From Candidatus Zambryskibacteria bacterium RIFCSPLOWO2_01_FULL_39_39 (GTDB taxonomy: Bacteria; Patescibacteriota; Minisyncoccia; Phycocordibacterales; WO2-35-19), in assembly GCA_001823925.1 (NCBI GenBank), contig MHWB01000013.1:9338-73337 (forward strand): a stretch of DNA of 64,000 bases, given 5' to 3'. The position numbers were made by a program, and so were the translations under genes. Below the pieces are notes generated by a model that saw only the letters and a list, made by a program, of their open reading frames with translations, made no database searches and was not told where the DNA came from. Positions within the stretch are counted from its first letter, which is position 1; the number at the start of each line of letters is the position of its first letter. Below are positions 26,607-36,914 of this stretch, piece by piece.

Positions 26607-27794
26607 ATGACCTTTTTAATTTTTGTAATTATTTTAGGGATTTTAGTGTTTGTCCACGAGCTTGGACACTTTTTGGCTGCCAAAAAGGCCAATGTCCGTG
26701 TAGACGAATTTGGATTTGGTTATCCACCCAGAGCTTTAAAAATAGGTGAGAAGTGGGGGACGCTTTTTACTTTAAATTGGATTCCGTTTGGTGGTTTTGT
26801 TAAAATTTTTGGCGAGAATTATGAGAAAGATGAAATAAGCCCACAGGAAAGCTCTTCTTCAGAAAGTCCTCGGGTCTCCCCGCAGAGCGGGGCCAGACTT
26901 TCTTCAGAAGACTTTCCTGTGGGCAGGAATTTTACACAAGTTTCTAAGAAGTGGCAGGCTACTATATTGGTAGCTGGAGTTACTTTTAACATTATTTTTG
27001 CTTGGTTTCTTTTTTCTTTAGGATTCGTGATTGGTCTACCAACTTCGGTTGACAATGATTTTGGCGCTGTTGTCAAAAACCCAACTCTCACTGTCGTGGG
27101 GCTCATCCAAGATTTTCCAGCTCAAAAATCTGGTCTTAAAACTGGCGATAAAATAAAAGAAATTTCTCTTTCGAATGGCAAAATGTTGCAAAATTTAAAT
27201 CCAGAAGAAGTGTCTGATTTTATAAATAATTCTGAAGGTGAAATTGAAATACAGATTGATCGGGGAGGAGAAATTTTAAATTTTGGAATTACCCCAAAGA
27301 CAGAGATAGTAGAAAATCCCCCGAGCTCTTTAGGGCAGGAAAGGAAAATTATTGGTATCAATATGGATATGGTGGGCACTCTTTCTCTGCCAATTCATAA
27401 GGCTATTTATCAGGGTGGCAAAACCACTTTAAAACTTTCTTATCTCACAGTTTTTGGGATTGCAAATTTAATTCTTGACGCGGTGAAGGGTGAAGCCGAT
27501 ATTTCGGAAATAGCGGGTCCAGTGGGTATCGTCGGTTTGGTGGGGGATGCGACACGACTCGGTTTTTCATATCTCATCACTTTTACGGCTCTTATTTCTA
27601 TAAACTTGGCAATTATAAATTTAGTACCCTTTCCAGCACTCGACGGTGGTCGGATCCTTTTTGTGGCCATCGAAGGTATAACTAAAAGAAAAATTAACCC
27701 AAAAGTAGCCAACATTGCAAACACTGTCGGCTTTGCTCTCCTCATCACCCTAATGCTCATCGTCACCTACCGCGATATTTTGAAATTGTTTTGA
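26607..27794 (+). CDS. rseP: RIP metalloprotease RseP (site-2 protease, M50) with PDZ domain and in-frame palindromic insertion
   Basis: 395 aa; HELGHF, PDZ region, NLVPFPALDGGRIL. Confidence 0.85.
   Translation: MTFLIFVIILGILVFVHELGHFLAAKKANVRVDEFGFGYPPRALKIGEKWGTLFTLNWIPFGGFVKIFGENYEKDEISPQESSSSESPRVSPQSGARLSSEDFPVGRNFTQVSKKWQATILVAGVTFNIIFAWFLFSLGFVIGLPTSVDNDFGAVVKNPTLTVVGLIQDFPAQKSGLKTGDKIKEISLSNGKMLQNLNPEEVSDFINNSEGEIEIQIDRGGEILNFGITPKTEIVENPPSSLGQERKIIGINMDMVGTLSLPIHKAIYQGGKTTLKLSYLTVFGIANLILDAVKGEADISEIAGPVGIVGLVGDATRLGFSYLITFTALISINLAIINLVPFPALDGGRILFVAIEGITKRKINPKVANIANTVGFALLITLMLIVTYRDILKLF
26839..26925. repeat. ~87-bp imperfect palindrome inside rseP encoding Ser-rich peptide ISPQESSSSESPRVSPQSGARLSSEDFPVG
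   Basis: cccacaggaaag...tcttcttcagaaagtc...ctcccc / ggggcc...gactttcttcagaagactttcctgtggg arms. Confidence 0.6.
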
Positions 27795-27840
27795 TACAAA
27801 ACTTTTTGCTCAAAATGGTGATTTAGGATATTATTTAGAA

Positions 27841-29085
27841 ATGAGACAATCACAACTTTTTACAAAGACAAGAAGAGAAGCGCCAAGTGATGAGACAAGC
27901 AAGAATGCCCAGCTTTTGATACGGGCTGGTTTTATAAATAAAGAAATGGCCGGAGTTTATTCCCTTTTGCCTCTAGGTTTTAAAGTAGTAAATAATATAA
28001 AAAAAATAGTTTCTGAAGAAATGGAGAGGATTGGTTCTGAGGAGATAATAATGTCTACACTTCAAAATAAAGAAACGTGGAAAAAAACTGACAGGTGGAG
28101 TGATGAAAAAGTAGATGTTTGGTTTAAATCAGAATTGAAAAATGGAAATGATGTTGGTTTTGGCTGGTCTCATGAAGAGCCCATTACAGAGATGATGAAA
28201 TCTTTTATTGCTAGTTATAATGATTTGCCAAGATATGTTCATCAGTTTCAAAATAAATTAAGAAATGAAGTAAGGGCCAAAAGTGGCATTATAAGATGTA
28301 GAGAATTTTTGATGAAAGATATGTATGCTTTCTGTGCTACTGATGAAGATAATATGGATTTCTATAAAAAATCAACCAATGCCTACATGAATGTATTTAA
28401 ACGAATTGGACTTGGAGATATCACATTCATTACTTCAGCGTCGGGTGGTTTTTTCACAGATAAATTTAGTCATGAATTCCAAACTATTTGTGAGACGGGC
28501 GAAGATATTATTTATATAAATAAAGAAAAAAAAGTTGCTGTAAATAAAGAAATTTACAACAAGGAAACAGTAGAAAAAATGGGGATGGTTCTAGAAGATT
28601 TTGGAGAAAAGAAAGCAGCAGAAGTTGGAAATATATTTAATTTCGGGACAGGTAAATGTGAACAGATGGGACTTTATTTTAGTGATAAGGATGGAGTTAA
28701 AAAACCAGTACACCTGAGTTCTTATGGTATTGGTATAACAAGACTCTTGGGAGTGTTGGTTGAGGTATTTGCTGATGATAAGGGTATTGTTTGGCCAGAG
28801 TTTGTGGCACCATTCAAATTGCATTTGATTGAAATTCTTAGTGGCAAACCGGAAGTGAAAGAAAAAGCAGAAAAAATTTATAAAAAAATGGGTGAAGCAA
28901 ACGTTTTGTATGACGACAGGGACGCGCGAGCGGGGGAGAAATTTGCAGATGCAGATCTAATCGGTATTCCTTATCAAGTGATAGTGAGCGAGAAAAATTT
29001 GTTAGAGGGAAAACTAGAACTAAAAAATAGGAAAACTGGTGAAATTAAAATGATTAAAGAAGACGAACTCCAGGATTTGTGCTAG
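27841..29085 (+). CDS. proS: Prolyl-tRNA synthetase (short form)
   Basis: 414 aa; N-terminus MRQSQLFTKTRREAPSDE...LLIRAGFI..AGVYSLLPLG parallels ProRS; class II motifs; C-terminal anticodon-binding YGIGITRLLG. Confidence 0.75.
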   Translation: MRQSQLFTKTRREAPSDETSKNAQLLIRAGFINKEMAGVYSLLPLGFKVVNNIKKIVSEEMERIGSEEIIMSTLQNKETWKKTDRWSDEKVDVWFKSELKNGNDVGFGWSHEEPITEMMKSFIASYNDLPRYVHQFQNKLRNEVRAKSGIIRCREFLMKDMYAFCATDEDNMDFYKKSTNAYMNVFKRIGLGDITFITSASGGFFTDKFSHEFQTICETGEDIIYINKEKKVAVNKEIYNKETVEKMGMVLEDFGEKKAAEVGNIFNFGTGKCEQMGLYFSDKDGVKKPVHLSSYGIGITRLLGVLVEVFADDKGIVWPEFVAPFKLHLIEILSGKPEVKEKAEKIYKKMGEANVLYDDRDARAGEKFADADLIGIPYQVIVSEKNLLEGKLELKNRKTGEIKMIKEDELQDLC

Positions 29086-29094
29086 ATTATCTCT

Positions 29095-30162
29095 ATGTTC
29101 AAAGAGAAATTGGAAGAGTGGAAACGTGTTTTGCGCAATGATATAGGTATTGATTTAGGGACGGCCAACATGCTTGTTTATGTTCGTGATAAAGGTATTA
29201 TTTTAAACGAACCTTCAGTGGTGGCGGTCAATCAAAAAACAGGACAAGTAGTCGCTGTTGGGACGGAAGCTAAAAATATGCTTGGTCGAACACCGCCACA
29301 TATTGTTGCAGTGCGACCCATTGTTGATGGGGTTATATCTGATTTCGAAGTGACAGAAGAAATGCTTCACTATCTTTTAAACAAAGCCCAATCAGTGTCA
29401 AAAAAAATATTGGGACCTAGGGTAGTGGTAGGAGTGCCTTCCGGTATAACCAATGTAGAAACTAGAGCAGTCCGTGACGCTACCAAAAATGCAGGAGCAA
29501 GTGAAGTGCATATAGTAGAAGAGCCAATGGCAGCTGCTATAGGGATGCATTTACCGATAAATGAACCAACAGGTAATATGGTAATCGATATGGGCGGAGG
29601 CACGGCAGACATTGCAGTTATTTCTTTAAGTGGAGTTATTAGTTCTAAAAATGTCCGCATAGCGGGTGATAAATTAAGTAATGACATTGCCGCCTACATA
29701 AGAAGTGAATTCAAAATAGTAATCGGAGAAAAGACTGCTGAAAATATAAAAATAGCAATATGTTCACTCTTACCAGAAGAGGATCCATTAGAGACAGAAG
29801 CTAGGGGGCGAGATCTAATAACCGGATTGCCACGAGAGGTTGTGGTCACTGACTCTGATATGAGAGATGCGGTGTCACATTCGATCGAGAGGTTGGTAGA
29901 AGCTACCAAAGAAGTGTTGGAAATCACTCCACCAGAAATACTTTCTGATATTATGCATCGTGGTATTCATTTGGCTGGCGGAGGGGCTCTTATAAAGGGG
30001 TTTGCTAAAGTTTTGGAAAGAGAAATAAAAATACCAGTTTATATTGCCGATGACCCTTTGACCTGTGTTGTTCGTGGTACTGGTATAATTTTGGAAAAAC
30101 TTGAACAATTTAGAGAGGTTTTAATAGCTGATGAAAATGACATTTCAAATAAAACACACTAA
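29095..30162 (+). CDS. mreB: Rod shape-determining protein MreB (paralog 2)
   Basis: 355 aa; GIDLGTANMLVYV, DMGGGTADIAV, LAGGGA. Confidence 0.9.
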   Translation: MFKEKLEEWKRVLRNDIGIDLGTANMLVYVRDKGIILNEPSVVAVNQKTGQVVAVGTEAKNMLGRTPPHIVAVRPIVDGVISDFEVTEEMLHYLLNKAQSVSKKILGPRVVVGVPSGITNVETRAVRDATKNAGASEVHIVEEPMAAAIGMHLPINEPTGNMVIDMGGGTADIAVISLSGVISSKNVRIAGDKLSNDIAAYIRSEFKIVIGEKTAENIKIAICSLLPEEDPLETEARGRDLITGLPREVVVTDSDMRDAVSHSIERLVEATKEVLEITPPEILSDIMHRGIHLAGGGALIKGFAKVLEREIKIPVYIADDPLTCVVRGTGIILEKLEQFREVLIADENDISNKTH

Positions 30163-30943
30163 ACACAGCTCATTTGGTAGAAATTTTTTAAAAATACTTA
30201 CAATATTTTTATTAATTTTGATATTTGTTTTAGTATTTAACTTTTCTATTTCAGCGCGTTCTTTAGCTCTTGATTTTTTTACTGTTTTTTTAAAAGGTGG
30301 GGATTATTTTTATAAAAATATTGGTCAAGTATCAAAGGTTTTTTCTAGTAAAGATAAATTGATAGAAGAGAACAAAGACCTTAGAGATAAAGTAGAAAAA
30401 GACTATCTTGATTTGATTGACTATGAATCAATAAAATACGAAAATCAAAAGTTACGCGAGACTCTAAAAATAAAGCCAGCAGAAAATTTTATTGTTGCGA
30501 GTATCATAGCCAGATCTCCTCAAATACCGATGGACTCTTTATTTTTAGATAAAGGTATTAGTGATGGTGTAAAAGAGGGGGATCTGGTACTTATTGGTGA
30601 AAGGGTGCTCATTGGTAAAATTGTTGAAACATCCAAAAATAAATCAATCGCCTCTCTCACCTCTTTTGCTGACCTTGTTTCTTATGGATTTGTAGATAGG
30701 ACAGAAGAATCTCTGGAAATCAAAGGAACGGGTGGTGGCAGTATGGGCATGAAGGTGCCCATTGATTTTGATATTATCGTTGGAGACAAAATAATGCTTT
30801 CCGGCGTCTTCACTTATTTGGCGGCTGTTGTTGGGATAGTCGAAGAAGACCAATCGTCCGGTTTTAAAAATATTTTGATGTCTTTGCCAGTGAGTATCTC
30901 TAAAATAAATATGGTTTTTATAGAACCCCGCATCAATGAATAG
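30131..30943 (+). CDS. mreC: Rod shape-determining protein MreC-like
   Basis: 270 aa; N-terminal TM, coiled coil, C-terminal beta domain; follows mreB. Confidence 0.55.
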   Translation: MKMTFQIKHTKHSSFGRNFLKILTIFLLILIFVLVFNFSISARSLALDFFTVFLKGGDYFYKNIGQVSKVFSSKDKLIEENKDLRDKVEKDYLDLIDYESIKYENQKLRETLKIKPAENFIVASIIARSPQIPMDSLFLDKGISDGVKEGDLVLIGERVLIGKIVETSKNKSIASLTSFADLVSYGFVDRTEESLEIKGTGGGSMGMKVPIDFDIIVGDKIMLSGVFTYLAAVVGIVEEDQSSGFKNILMSLPVSISKINMVFIEPRINE

Positions 30944-31196
30944 AGTTTTGTATTTTTTAACAATTATTTTTGTTCCAGTTATTTTTAGTTGGTGGCTTTT
31001 TATACCAATGGCGCTACTTTCGGTTTATCTTATTAAATTGCCATTTGAAATTGTAGTAGTTGGTTTTTTGCTTGATTTTCTTTATTATTTTGGAGATGGT
31101 TTTTTTGCCAAACATTTACTCACTCTATTTTCTCTAATTTTAATTATTTTGGCCTTATTTTTAAATAAGAAAGTCCATTGGCAAAAAACTATATAA
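30936..31196 (+). CDS. mreD: MreD-like small membrane protein
   Basis: 86 aa polytopic membrane protein between mreC and PBP2. Confidence 0.4.
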   Translation: MNRVLYFLTIIFVPVIFSWWLFIPMALLSVYLIKLPFEIVVVGFLLDFLYYFGDGFFAKHLLTLFSLILIILALFLNKKVHWQKTI

Positions 31197-31203
31197 AATT
31201 AAT

Positions 31204-32916
31204 ATGCTTGGAATTTTAAAAAGAACACTAAATAAGTGGAAAAGAAGGGGCTATGAGGATATTGCTCCGGATGAAATTTTTCTTGATTCAAAAAACTTAC
31301 CAGAATTTGATATTTATCAATTTGAAGGTAGATTAGAAAAACCTATTTCTAGTAAAGCCTTTTCGATTTTTAATTTAATTTGTATTTCGGTGGTTGTTAT
31401 CTTTTTGATAAAATTGGGCTCTTTACAAATCGTCCACGGATCTTTTTATAAAAATAAGAGCGAAAACAACAAGTTAAAGCAAATTTTAATAGTGGCTCCC
31501 CGAGGTGCCATTTATAGTCGAGAGGGAGAACCTTTGGCTTGGAATCAAAAATCAGAAGTAGAAAATGATTATCCTTTGCGTAAATATATAAAAAATGTTG
31601 GCTTCTCCAATCTCTTGGGATTTATAAAATATCCAGCCAAAGATAGGGCGGGGTTTTATTATGAAGAAGAATTTTTGCCCAAAGATGGAGCAGAACTTTA
31701 TTTAAATGAAATTCTTTTTGGTAAAAATGGTTTAAAACTTATAGAAACTTCAGTAGATGGAGAAGTCATTTCTGGCAGCGTTATTGAATCACCCAAAAGT
31801 GGAGAAAGTGCGGTCCTCTCGATTGATAGTAGGGTACAGAGTAAATTTTTTAGCATAATTCAAAATTTGTCTGGCTCGGTAGGATTTCAAGGTGGGGCGG
31901 GGATAATTATGGATGTTAATTCTGGAGAAGTGCTTTCTATGGTGAGTTTCCCCGAGTATAGTTCGGAAGTGATGACCGAAGGAGTAGATGTCCAAAAAAT
32001 AGAGGATTATTATAAAGATCCAGATAACCCATTTTTAAATAGAAGTCTTTCCGGACTTTATACGCCGGGTTCGATCATTAAACCATTTTTGGCCTTTGCT
32101 GCTTTAGAAGAAAAAATTATTTCTCCAGAGAAAGAAATAATAAGTACCGGCAAAATCGAAATACCTAATCCTTATAATCCAGACAAACCTTCCATTTTTA
32201 AAGACTGGAAAGCTCATGGGGCGGTAGATATGAGAAGGGCAATTGCTGTTTCTTCGGATGTTTATTTTTATGAAATAGGTGGTGGCTTTGGAAGTCAAAA
32301 AGGTTTGGGTATTTTAAATATCAAGAAATATTTGGAGATGTTTGGTTTTACCAAAAAGACAGGCTTTGATACTCAAAAAGAAGCGATTGGTGTCATCCCA
32401 GATCCGGATTGGAAAGCAGAAACTTTTGATGGGGAGATATGGCGATTGGGAGACACTTATAATACCGCCATTGGTCAATATGGAATGCAAATCAGCCCAA
32501 TACAAGTGGTGGTCGCTACTGCCGCCTTGGCAAATGGAGGCAACTTAATTACACCTTCAATACTTTTTACTTCCACTAGTACGACAGTGGCGGGTACAAA
32601 AATAAAAGGTTCACTAGAAAGTTTTCAAATACCCAGAGAGGGGATGCGGCGATCTGTCCTAGAAGGTACCGCTGCAGGATTAAACATAGGTGTTGTGCAA
32701 ATAGCTGGTAAAACCGGTACTGCCGAACTTGGCGCAAGGAAGCAATTTGTCAATTCTTGGGTGATTGGTTTTTTCCCTTATGAAAAACCAAAATATGCTT
32801 TTGTAGTGGTGATGGAGAGAGGTCCCGTCAAAAATCTTACTGGCGCCACTTATGTTATGAGACAGTTATTAGATTGGATGGCCATAAATACTCCTGAATA
32901 TTTAAAAAATGAATAA
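31204..32916 (+). CDS. mrdA: Penicillin-binding protein 2 (elongasome transpeptidase)
   Basis: 570 aa; N-terminal TM, SxxK (GSIIKP), KTG (KTGTAE) motifs. Confidence 0.8.
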   Translation: MLGILKRTLNKWKRRGYEDIAPDEIFLDSKNLPEFDIYQFEGRLEKPISSKAFSIFNLICISVVVIFLIKLGSLQIVHGSFYKNKSENNKLKQILIVAPRGAIYSREGEPLAWNQKSEVENDYPLRKYIKNVGFSNLLGFIKYPAKDRAGFYYEEEFLPKDGAELYLNEILFGKNGLKLIETSVDGEVISGSVIESPKSGESAVLSIDSRVQSKFFSIIQNLSGSVGFQGGAGIIMDVNSGEVLSMVSFPEYSSEVMTEGVDVQKIEDYYKDPDNPFLNRSLSGLYTPGSIIKPFLAFAALEEKIISPEKEIISTGKIEIPNPYNPDKPSIFKDWKAHGAVDMRRAIAVSSDVYFYEIGGGFGSQKGLGILNIKKYLEMFGFTKKTGFDTQKEAIGVIPDPDWKAETFDGEIWRLGDTYNTAIGQYGMQISPIQVVVATAALANGGNLITPSILFTSTSTTVAGTKIKGSLESFQIPREGMRRSVLEGTAAGLNIGVVQIAGKTGTAELGARKQFVNSWVIGFFPYEKPKYAFVVVMERGPVKNLTGATYVMRQLLDWMAINTPEYLKNE

Positions 32917-32932
32917 AGTATAATTATAAATT

Positions 32933-33703
32933 ATGAAAATTTTGATAAATAATTTGGTTACAGAATATGAAGATGTTTACCCGAATGGTGAAGCTGGGCG
33001 GGAAGGTAAGACTATTTTGATGTTGCATGGGTGGTGGAGAGATATGTCTGACTTTGATAAAATAACAGAAATTTTAAAAAATAATTATAGGGTAGTAAGG
33101 CTAGACTTACCGGGATTTGGAGGAACAGAAATGCCCCTAAAGACTTGGAAACTTAATGATTATGTAGATTTTGTAAAAGATTTTATTTTAAAATTAGAAA
33201 TAAAACCAGAGGTACTTTTAGGACATTCATTTGGTGGCAGGATTATTATAAAAGGAGTTGGGGAAAATAAATTAGAAGCGGGGAAATTGGTTTTGGTGGC
33301 AGCTGCCGGAGTAAAGGTAGATGTATTTAGGAAGAAAATATTTCAACTTCTCGCCAAGATTGGAGACGTAGTCTCTTTTATTCCACCACTTATATTTGTG
33401 CGTAGAAAATTAAAAAATAAATTTTATAAAATTATCGGTAGCGACTACCTTGAATCTGGTAATTTGAAAGAGATTTTTAAGGCGGTGGTGGAAGAAGATT
33501 TGGCCACTTTTGCAAAAAAAATAAAAAAAGAGACGCTATTTATTTGGGGAGAAAAAGATATGGCGACTCCACTCAAAGATGGGAAACTCTTACACTCTCT
33601 CATCGCTAATTCCAAACTAGAAGTTATAAAAGACTCTGGACATTTTATTCATATAGAAAAATCAGAAGAAGTAGCAGAAAAAATTTCCAAATTTGTGGGA
33701 TAA
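32933..33703 (+). CDS. Alpha/beta-fold hydrolase
   Basis: 256 aa; nucleophile elbow GHSFGG, catalytic His near C-terminus. Confidence 0.65.
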   Translation: MKILINNLVTEYEDVYPNGEAGREGKTILMLHGWWRDMSDFDKITEILKNNYRVVRLDLPGFGGTEMPLKTWKLNDYVDFVKDFILKLEIKPEVLLGHSFGGRIIIKGVGENKLEAGKLVLVAAAGVKVDVFRKKIFQLLAKIGDVVSFIPPLIFVRRKLKNKFYKIIGSDYLESGNLKEIFKAVVEEDLATFAKKIKKETLFIWGEKDMATPLKDGKLLHSLIANSKLEVIKDSGHFIHIEKSEEVAEKISKFVG

Positions 33704-35189
33704 TATTGAAATGAAAAAGTTTTTATCAAAATATAGCCTTAAATATCCAAGGAGTTTGGTCTATATGCTTCAGGCGAGTGAATATAACATTGTCGAATTT
33801 TTAGACTGGTTTAGGCGAGTAAAAGATTTTGCTAAAGTAGAAGAGAGGAAAACGCTTGTAAAAACAATCAAAGCGAGTCTTTTGTATGCTATTGCTTGGA
33901 ATCTTTTTATACTTTCTTTTGCTATTGCGATTGCTTCTTTGTGGTTTTTTGAAGGAGTGAGGAGTCTTCTTGTTTTCCTTGTTATCTTTTTATTTGCCCC
34001 GTATCTTACTTTGTATTTGCTCTCGCTCTGCACTTTTCTCTTGAATTCCGTCCAGAGACCAATTGAAAGGATAATTATAAATAAAGCAAAAGAAAAACTT
34101 CAAAATCACAAAGCGTTGAAAATTGGCATAGCGGGATCTTTTGGAAAGACTACCATGAAAGAAATCATTAAGACTGTTTTGGAAGGAAGTAAAAACGTAG
34201 CAGCCACTCCAGATAATAAAAACACACCACTGGGTATAGCCAGATTTGTCGAAAGTTTAGATGGGGATGAAGAGATTTTAATTTTTGAGATGGGTGAATA
34301 TTATGAGGGAGATATTAAAAAACTTTGCGAGATAATAAGTCCAGATATAGGGGTTATCACTGGAGTAAACGAAGCCCATCTGGATAAATTTAAAAATATA
34401 GAAAGAACGGCTAAGACTATTTTTGAACTAGCAGATTTTCTTTCAAAAAAAGAGGGTACGAAAGTGTATGTCAACAAAGAAAGTAGGAGTGCATCTGAGT
34501 CGGCGGCTCATATTAAAAATGAAAATAAACCGTTTCCCAAAGTTATCTATTATGGACATGGTGGCATAGAGGAGGGTGGTGGTAATTGGAAAGTAGAGGG
34601 GGCAGAAACAAATCTCTCTGGTACGAGCTTTATATTAAAAAATAACAAAGAAGAAGGAGTAGTAGTAAGGTCTAAACTTTTGGGATTGCATCAGATAGGG
34701 CCTCTTGCCGTTGCTTCTCATATTGCGCAAAGTTTGGGTATCAAATTGGAAAAGATAGAATTAGGTTTGAAAAATACCAAACCTTTTAAACATAGGATGG
34801 AGCCCAGAGAAGATGCCGGAGGAGTGCTTGTGATAGACGATAGTTACAACGGCAATCCCGATGGGGTAAAAGTTGCTATAGAATTTCTAAAAGAAATTAA
34901 AGATAAAAGAAGGTTTTTTATAACTCCAGGTCTTGTTGAGATGGGTAGAAAGACAGAAGAAGTACACAGAGAAATAGGAAAAGAACTTGCAAATACTGGA
35001 ATAGAGAAGGTTGTACTAATCAGGAATTCTGTAACTCCGTTTATAGAAGCCGGACTCAAAGAAAATAATTTTAAAGGTGAAGTAATTTGGTTTGAGTCTA
35101 GCTTAGAGTGTTTCTCTTCTCTCCCCAAGCGCACCATAAACAACGATCTGCTCTTATACCAAAACGACTGGCCAGATAATTACTCATAA
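33693..35189 (+). CDS. murF: Mur ligase family protein, probable UDP-MurNAc-pentapeptide synthetase MurF with ~130-aa membrane N-terminal extension
   Basis: 498 aa; P-loop IGIAGSFGKTT, Mur ligase middle/C domains. Confidence 0.65.
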   Translation: MWDNIEMKKFLSKYSLKYPRSLVYMLQASEYNIVEFLDWFRRVKDFAKVEERKTLVKTIKASLLYAIAWNLFILSFAIAIASLWFFEGVRSLLVFLVIFLFAPYLTLYLLSLCTFLLNSVQRPIERIIINKAKEKLQNHKALKIGIAGSFGKTTMKEIIKTVLEGSKNVAATPDNKNTPLGIARFVESLDGDEEILIFEMGEYYEGDIKKLCEIISPDIGVITGVNEAHLDKFKNIERTAKTIFELADFLSKKEGTKVYVNKESRSASESAAHIKNENKPFPKVIYYGHGGIEEGGGNWKVEGAETNLSGTSFILKNNKEEGVVVRSKLLGLHQIGPLAVASHIAQSLGIKLEKIELGLKNTKPFKHRMEPREDAGGVLVIDDSYNGNPDGVKVAIEFLKEIKDKRRFFITPGLVEMGRKTEEVHREIGKELANTGIEKVVLIRNSVTPFIEAGLKENNFKGEVIWFESSLECFSSLPKRTINNDLLLYQNDWPDNYS

Positions 35190-35201
35190 AGTTGTGGTAA
35201 T

Positions 35202-36380
35202 ATGTGGGGTATGAAAAAGACTATTGGGGTGGTATTTGGGGGGAGGAGTGTGGAGCATGAGGTCTCCATTATTACTGCTCACAATCCAATAATTGACTCA
35301 CTACTTGCTACGGGCAAGTATAATGTCGTACCGATTTATATTGGCAAAGATGGAAGCTGGTATTCCGACCCAGCTATGAACGATATAAACTTTTTCCGAA
35401 ATGATCTGGAAGAAAAATTAAAGAAATTAAAAAAGCTTCAGTTGGATCTAAATAATGGCCTGCAAATAATGATTCCTGGATCTTTGGGTAGTAAGAAGAT
35501 TAATATAGATATTGTTTTCCCTGCAATGCACGGTACATACGGAGAAGACGGTTCTCTTATGGGTTTACTCCGAATGGCAAATGTTCCCTTTGTTGGTTGT
35601 GATCTTTTTGCCTCTGCTGTTGCAATGGACAAGGTGCTTACAAAGCAGATTCTGAAAGCGGAGGGTGTGCCGGTAGTAAGTGATGTCTGGTTTACAAAAG
35701 AAGATTGGGAGTCAAAAAGAGAAGGATATTTACACAAAATAAAAAATCTCAGGTATCCTCTGTTTATAAAACCAGTACACTTGGGTTCTAGTATAGGAAT
35801 TACAAAAATAAATCCGTTAGCTGATCAAGAAAAAAATTTAATCAACGCAATAGAAGTTGCTCTACACTATGATGAGAAGGTGCTTGTAGAAGAAGGAGTA
35901 GAGAATCTAGTAGAAGTTACTTTACCTATAATGGGCAATGACGAACCAATATTAGCCAGTATTGAAAGACCACTGAACAAGACAGAGTTTTTTGATTTTC
36001 AGGACAAGTATCTTTCTGGTAGTAAAAAAGTTGGAGGAGTAAATAATAATTATAGTGAGATACCAGCAAACATTGAGCCATCTCTTGCAGAAAAAGTAAA
36101 AGAATTGGGAGAAAAAACATATAAAATTTTGGGCTGTTCCGGTATTGCACGAGTAGACTTTCTTATTGATAGTGTCTTGAATCAGGTTTTTGTAAATGAG
36201 GTAAATACTTTGCCCGGAAGCATATATCAGCACAACTGGAAGAAGAGCGGGGTCTCAAATATTGATTTGGTGGAAAGACTTATAAAATTTGCAGAAGGAA
36301 GATTTGAAAACCAAAAAAATACTACCTATTCTTTCAACTCTGAAATATTAAATCAATATAAATCATCTAAAAATCAATAG
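35202..36380 (+). CDS. ddl: D-alanine--D-alanine ligase
   Basis: 392 aa; IGVVFGGRSVEHEVSI, ATP-grasp motifs, with lineage-specific insertions. Confidence 0.85.
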   Translation: MWGMKKTIGVVFGGRSVEHEVSIITAHNPIIDSLLATGKYNVVPIYIGKDGSWYSDPAMNDINFFRNDLEEKLKKLKKLQLDLNNGLQIMIPGSLGSKKINIDIVFPAMHGTYGEDGSLMGLLRMANVPFVGCDLFASAVAMDKVLTKQILKAEGVPVVSDVWFTKEDWESKREGYLHKIKNLRYPLFIKPVHLGSSIGITKINPLADQEKNLINAIEVALHYDEKVLVEEGVENLVEVTLPIMGNDEPILASIERPLNKTEFFDFQDKYLSGSKKVGGVNNNYSEIPANIEPSLAEKVKELGEKTYKILGCSGIARVDFLIDSVLNQVFVNEVNTLPGSIYQHNWKKSGVSNIDLVERLIKFAEGRFENQKNTTYSFNSEILNQYKSSKNQ

Positions 36381-36445
36381 AGTTAAAAGATTGACTTTTG
36401 GCTCAAATAGTCTACAATAGAGCATACTATTTTAATTTTTAAAAC

Positions 36446-36910
36446 ATGGAAGAAAAAGAATATTTAACAAAAGAAAAATTTAAGGCGCTTGGAGATGAAC
36501 TTGAATATCTCAAAAAAGTTAAGCGTAAAGAAGTTGCCGAACAACTGGAATATACCAAGTCTTTGGGTGATTTGTCAGAAAATGCCGAATATCACGAGGT
36601 GCGTGATATGCAGGGGGTGGTAGAAGATAGAATTCAAAAAGTAGAATCCATTCTTAAAAATGCTACCATTGTTTCTTCACATGGAAACGAAGCTGTTGTT
36701 GTTGGCTCGGTGGTGACTGTAGCTAAAAATGGAGACAAAGATCATAAAATTTATACTATTGTTGGTGGCGAAGAGTCGGATCTTTCCTCTAATAAAATCT
36801 CGGTGCACTCTCCTTTTGGTGAGGCGGTGATGAGTAAGAAAAAAGGTGACTCTTTTACCTACAATGCACCCTCTGGCCCTATCACTTATAAAATAATTGA
36901 GATAAAATAA
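36446..36910 (+). CDS. greA: Transcription elongation factor GreA
   Basis: 154 aa; coiled-coil N domain with DLSENAEY, FKBP-like C domain. Confidence 0.9.
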   Translation: MEEKEYLTKEKFKALGDELEYLKKVKRKEVAEQLEYTKSLGDLSENAEYHEVRDMQGVVEDRIQKVESILKNATIVSSHGNEAVVVGSVVTVAKNGDKDHKIYTIVGGEESDLSSNKISVHSPFGEAVMSKKKGDSFTYNAPSGPITYKIIEIK

Positions 36911-36914
36911 TCGA

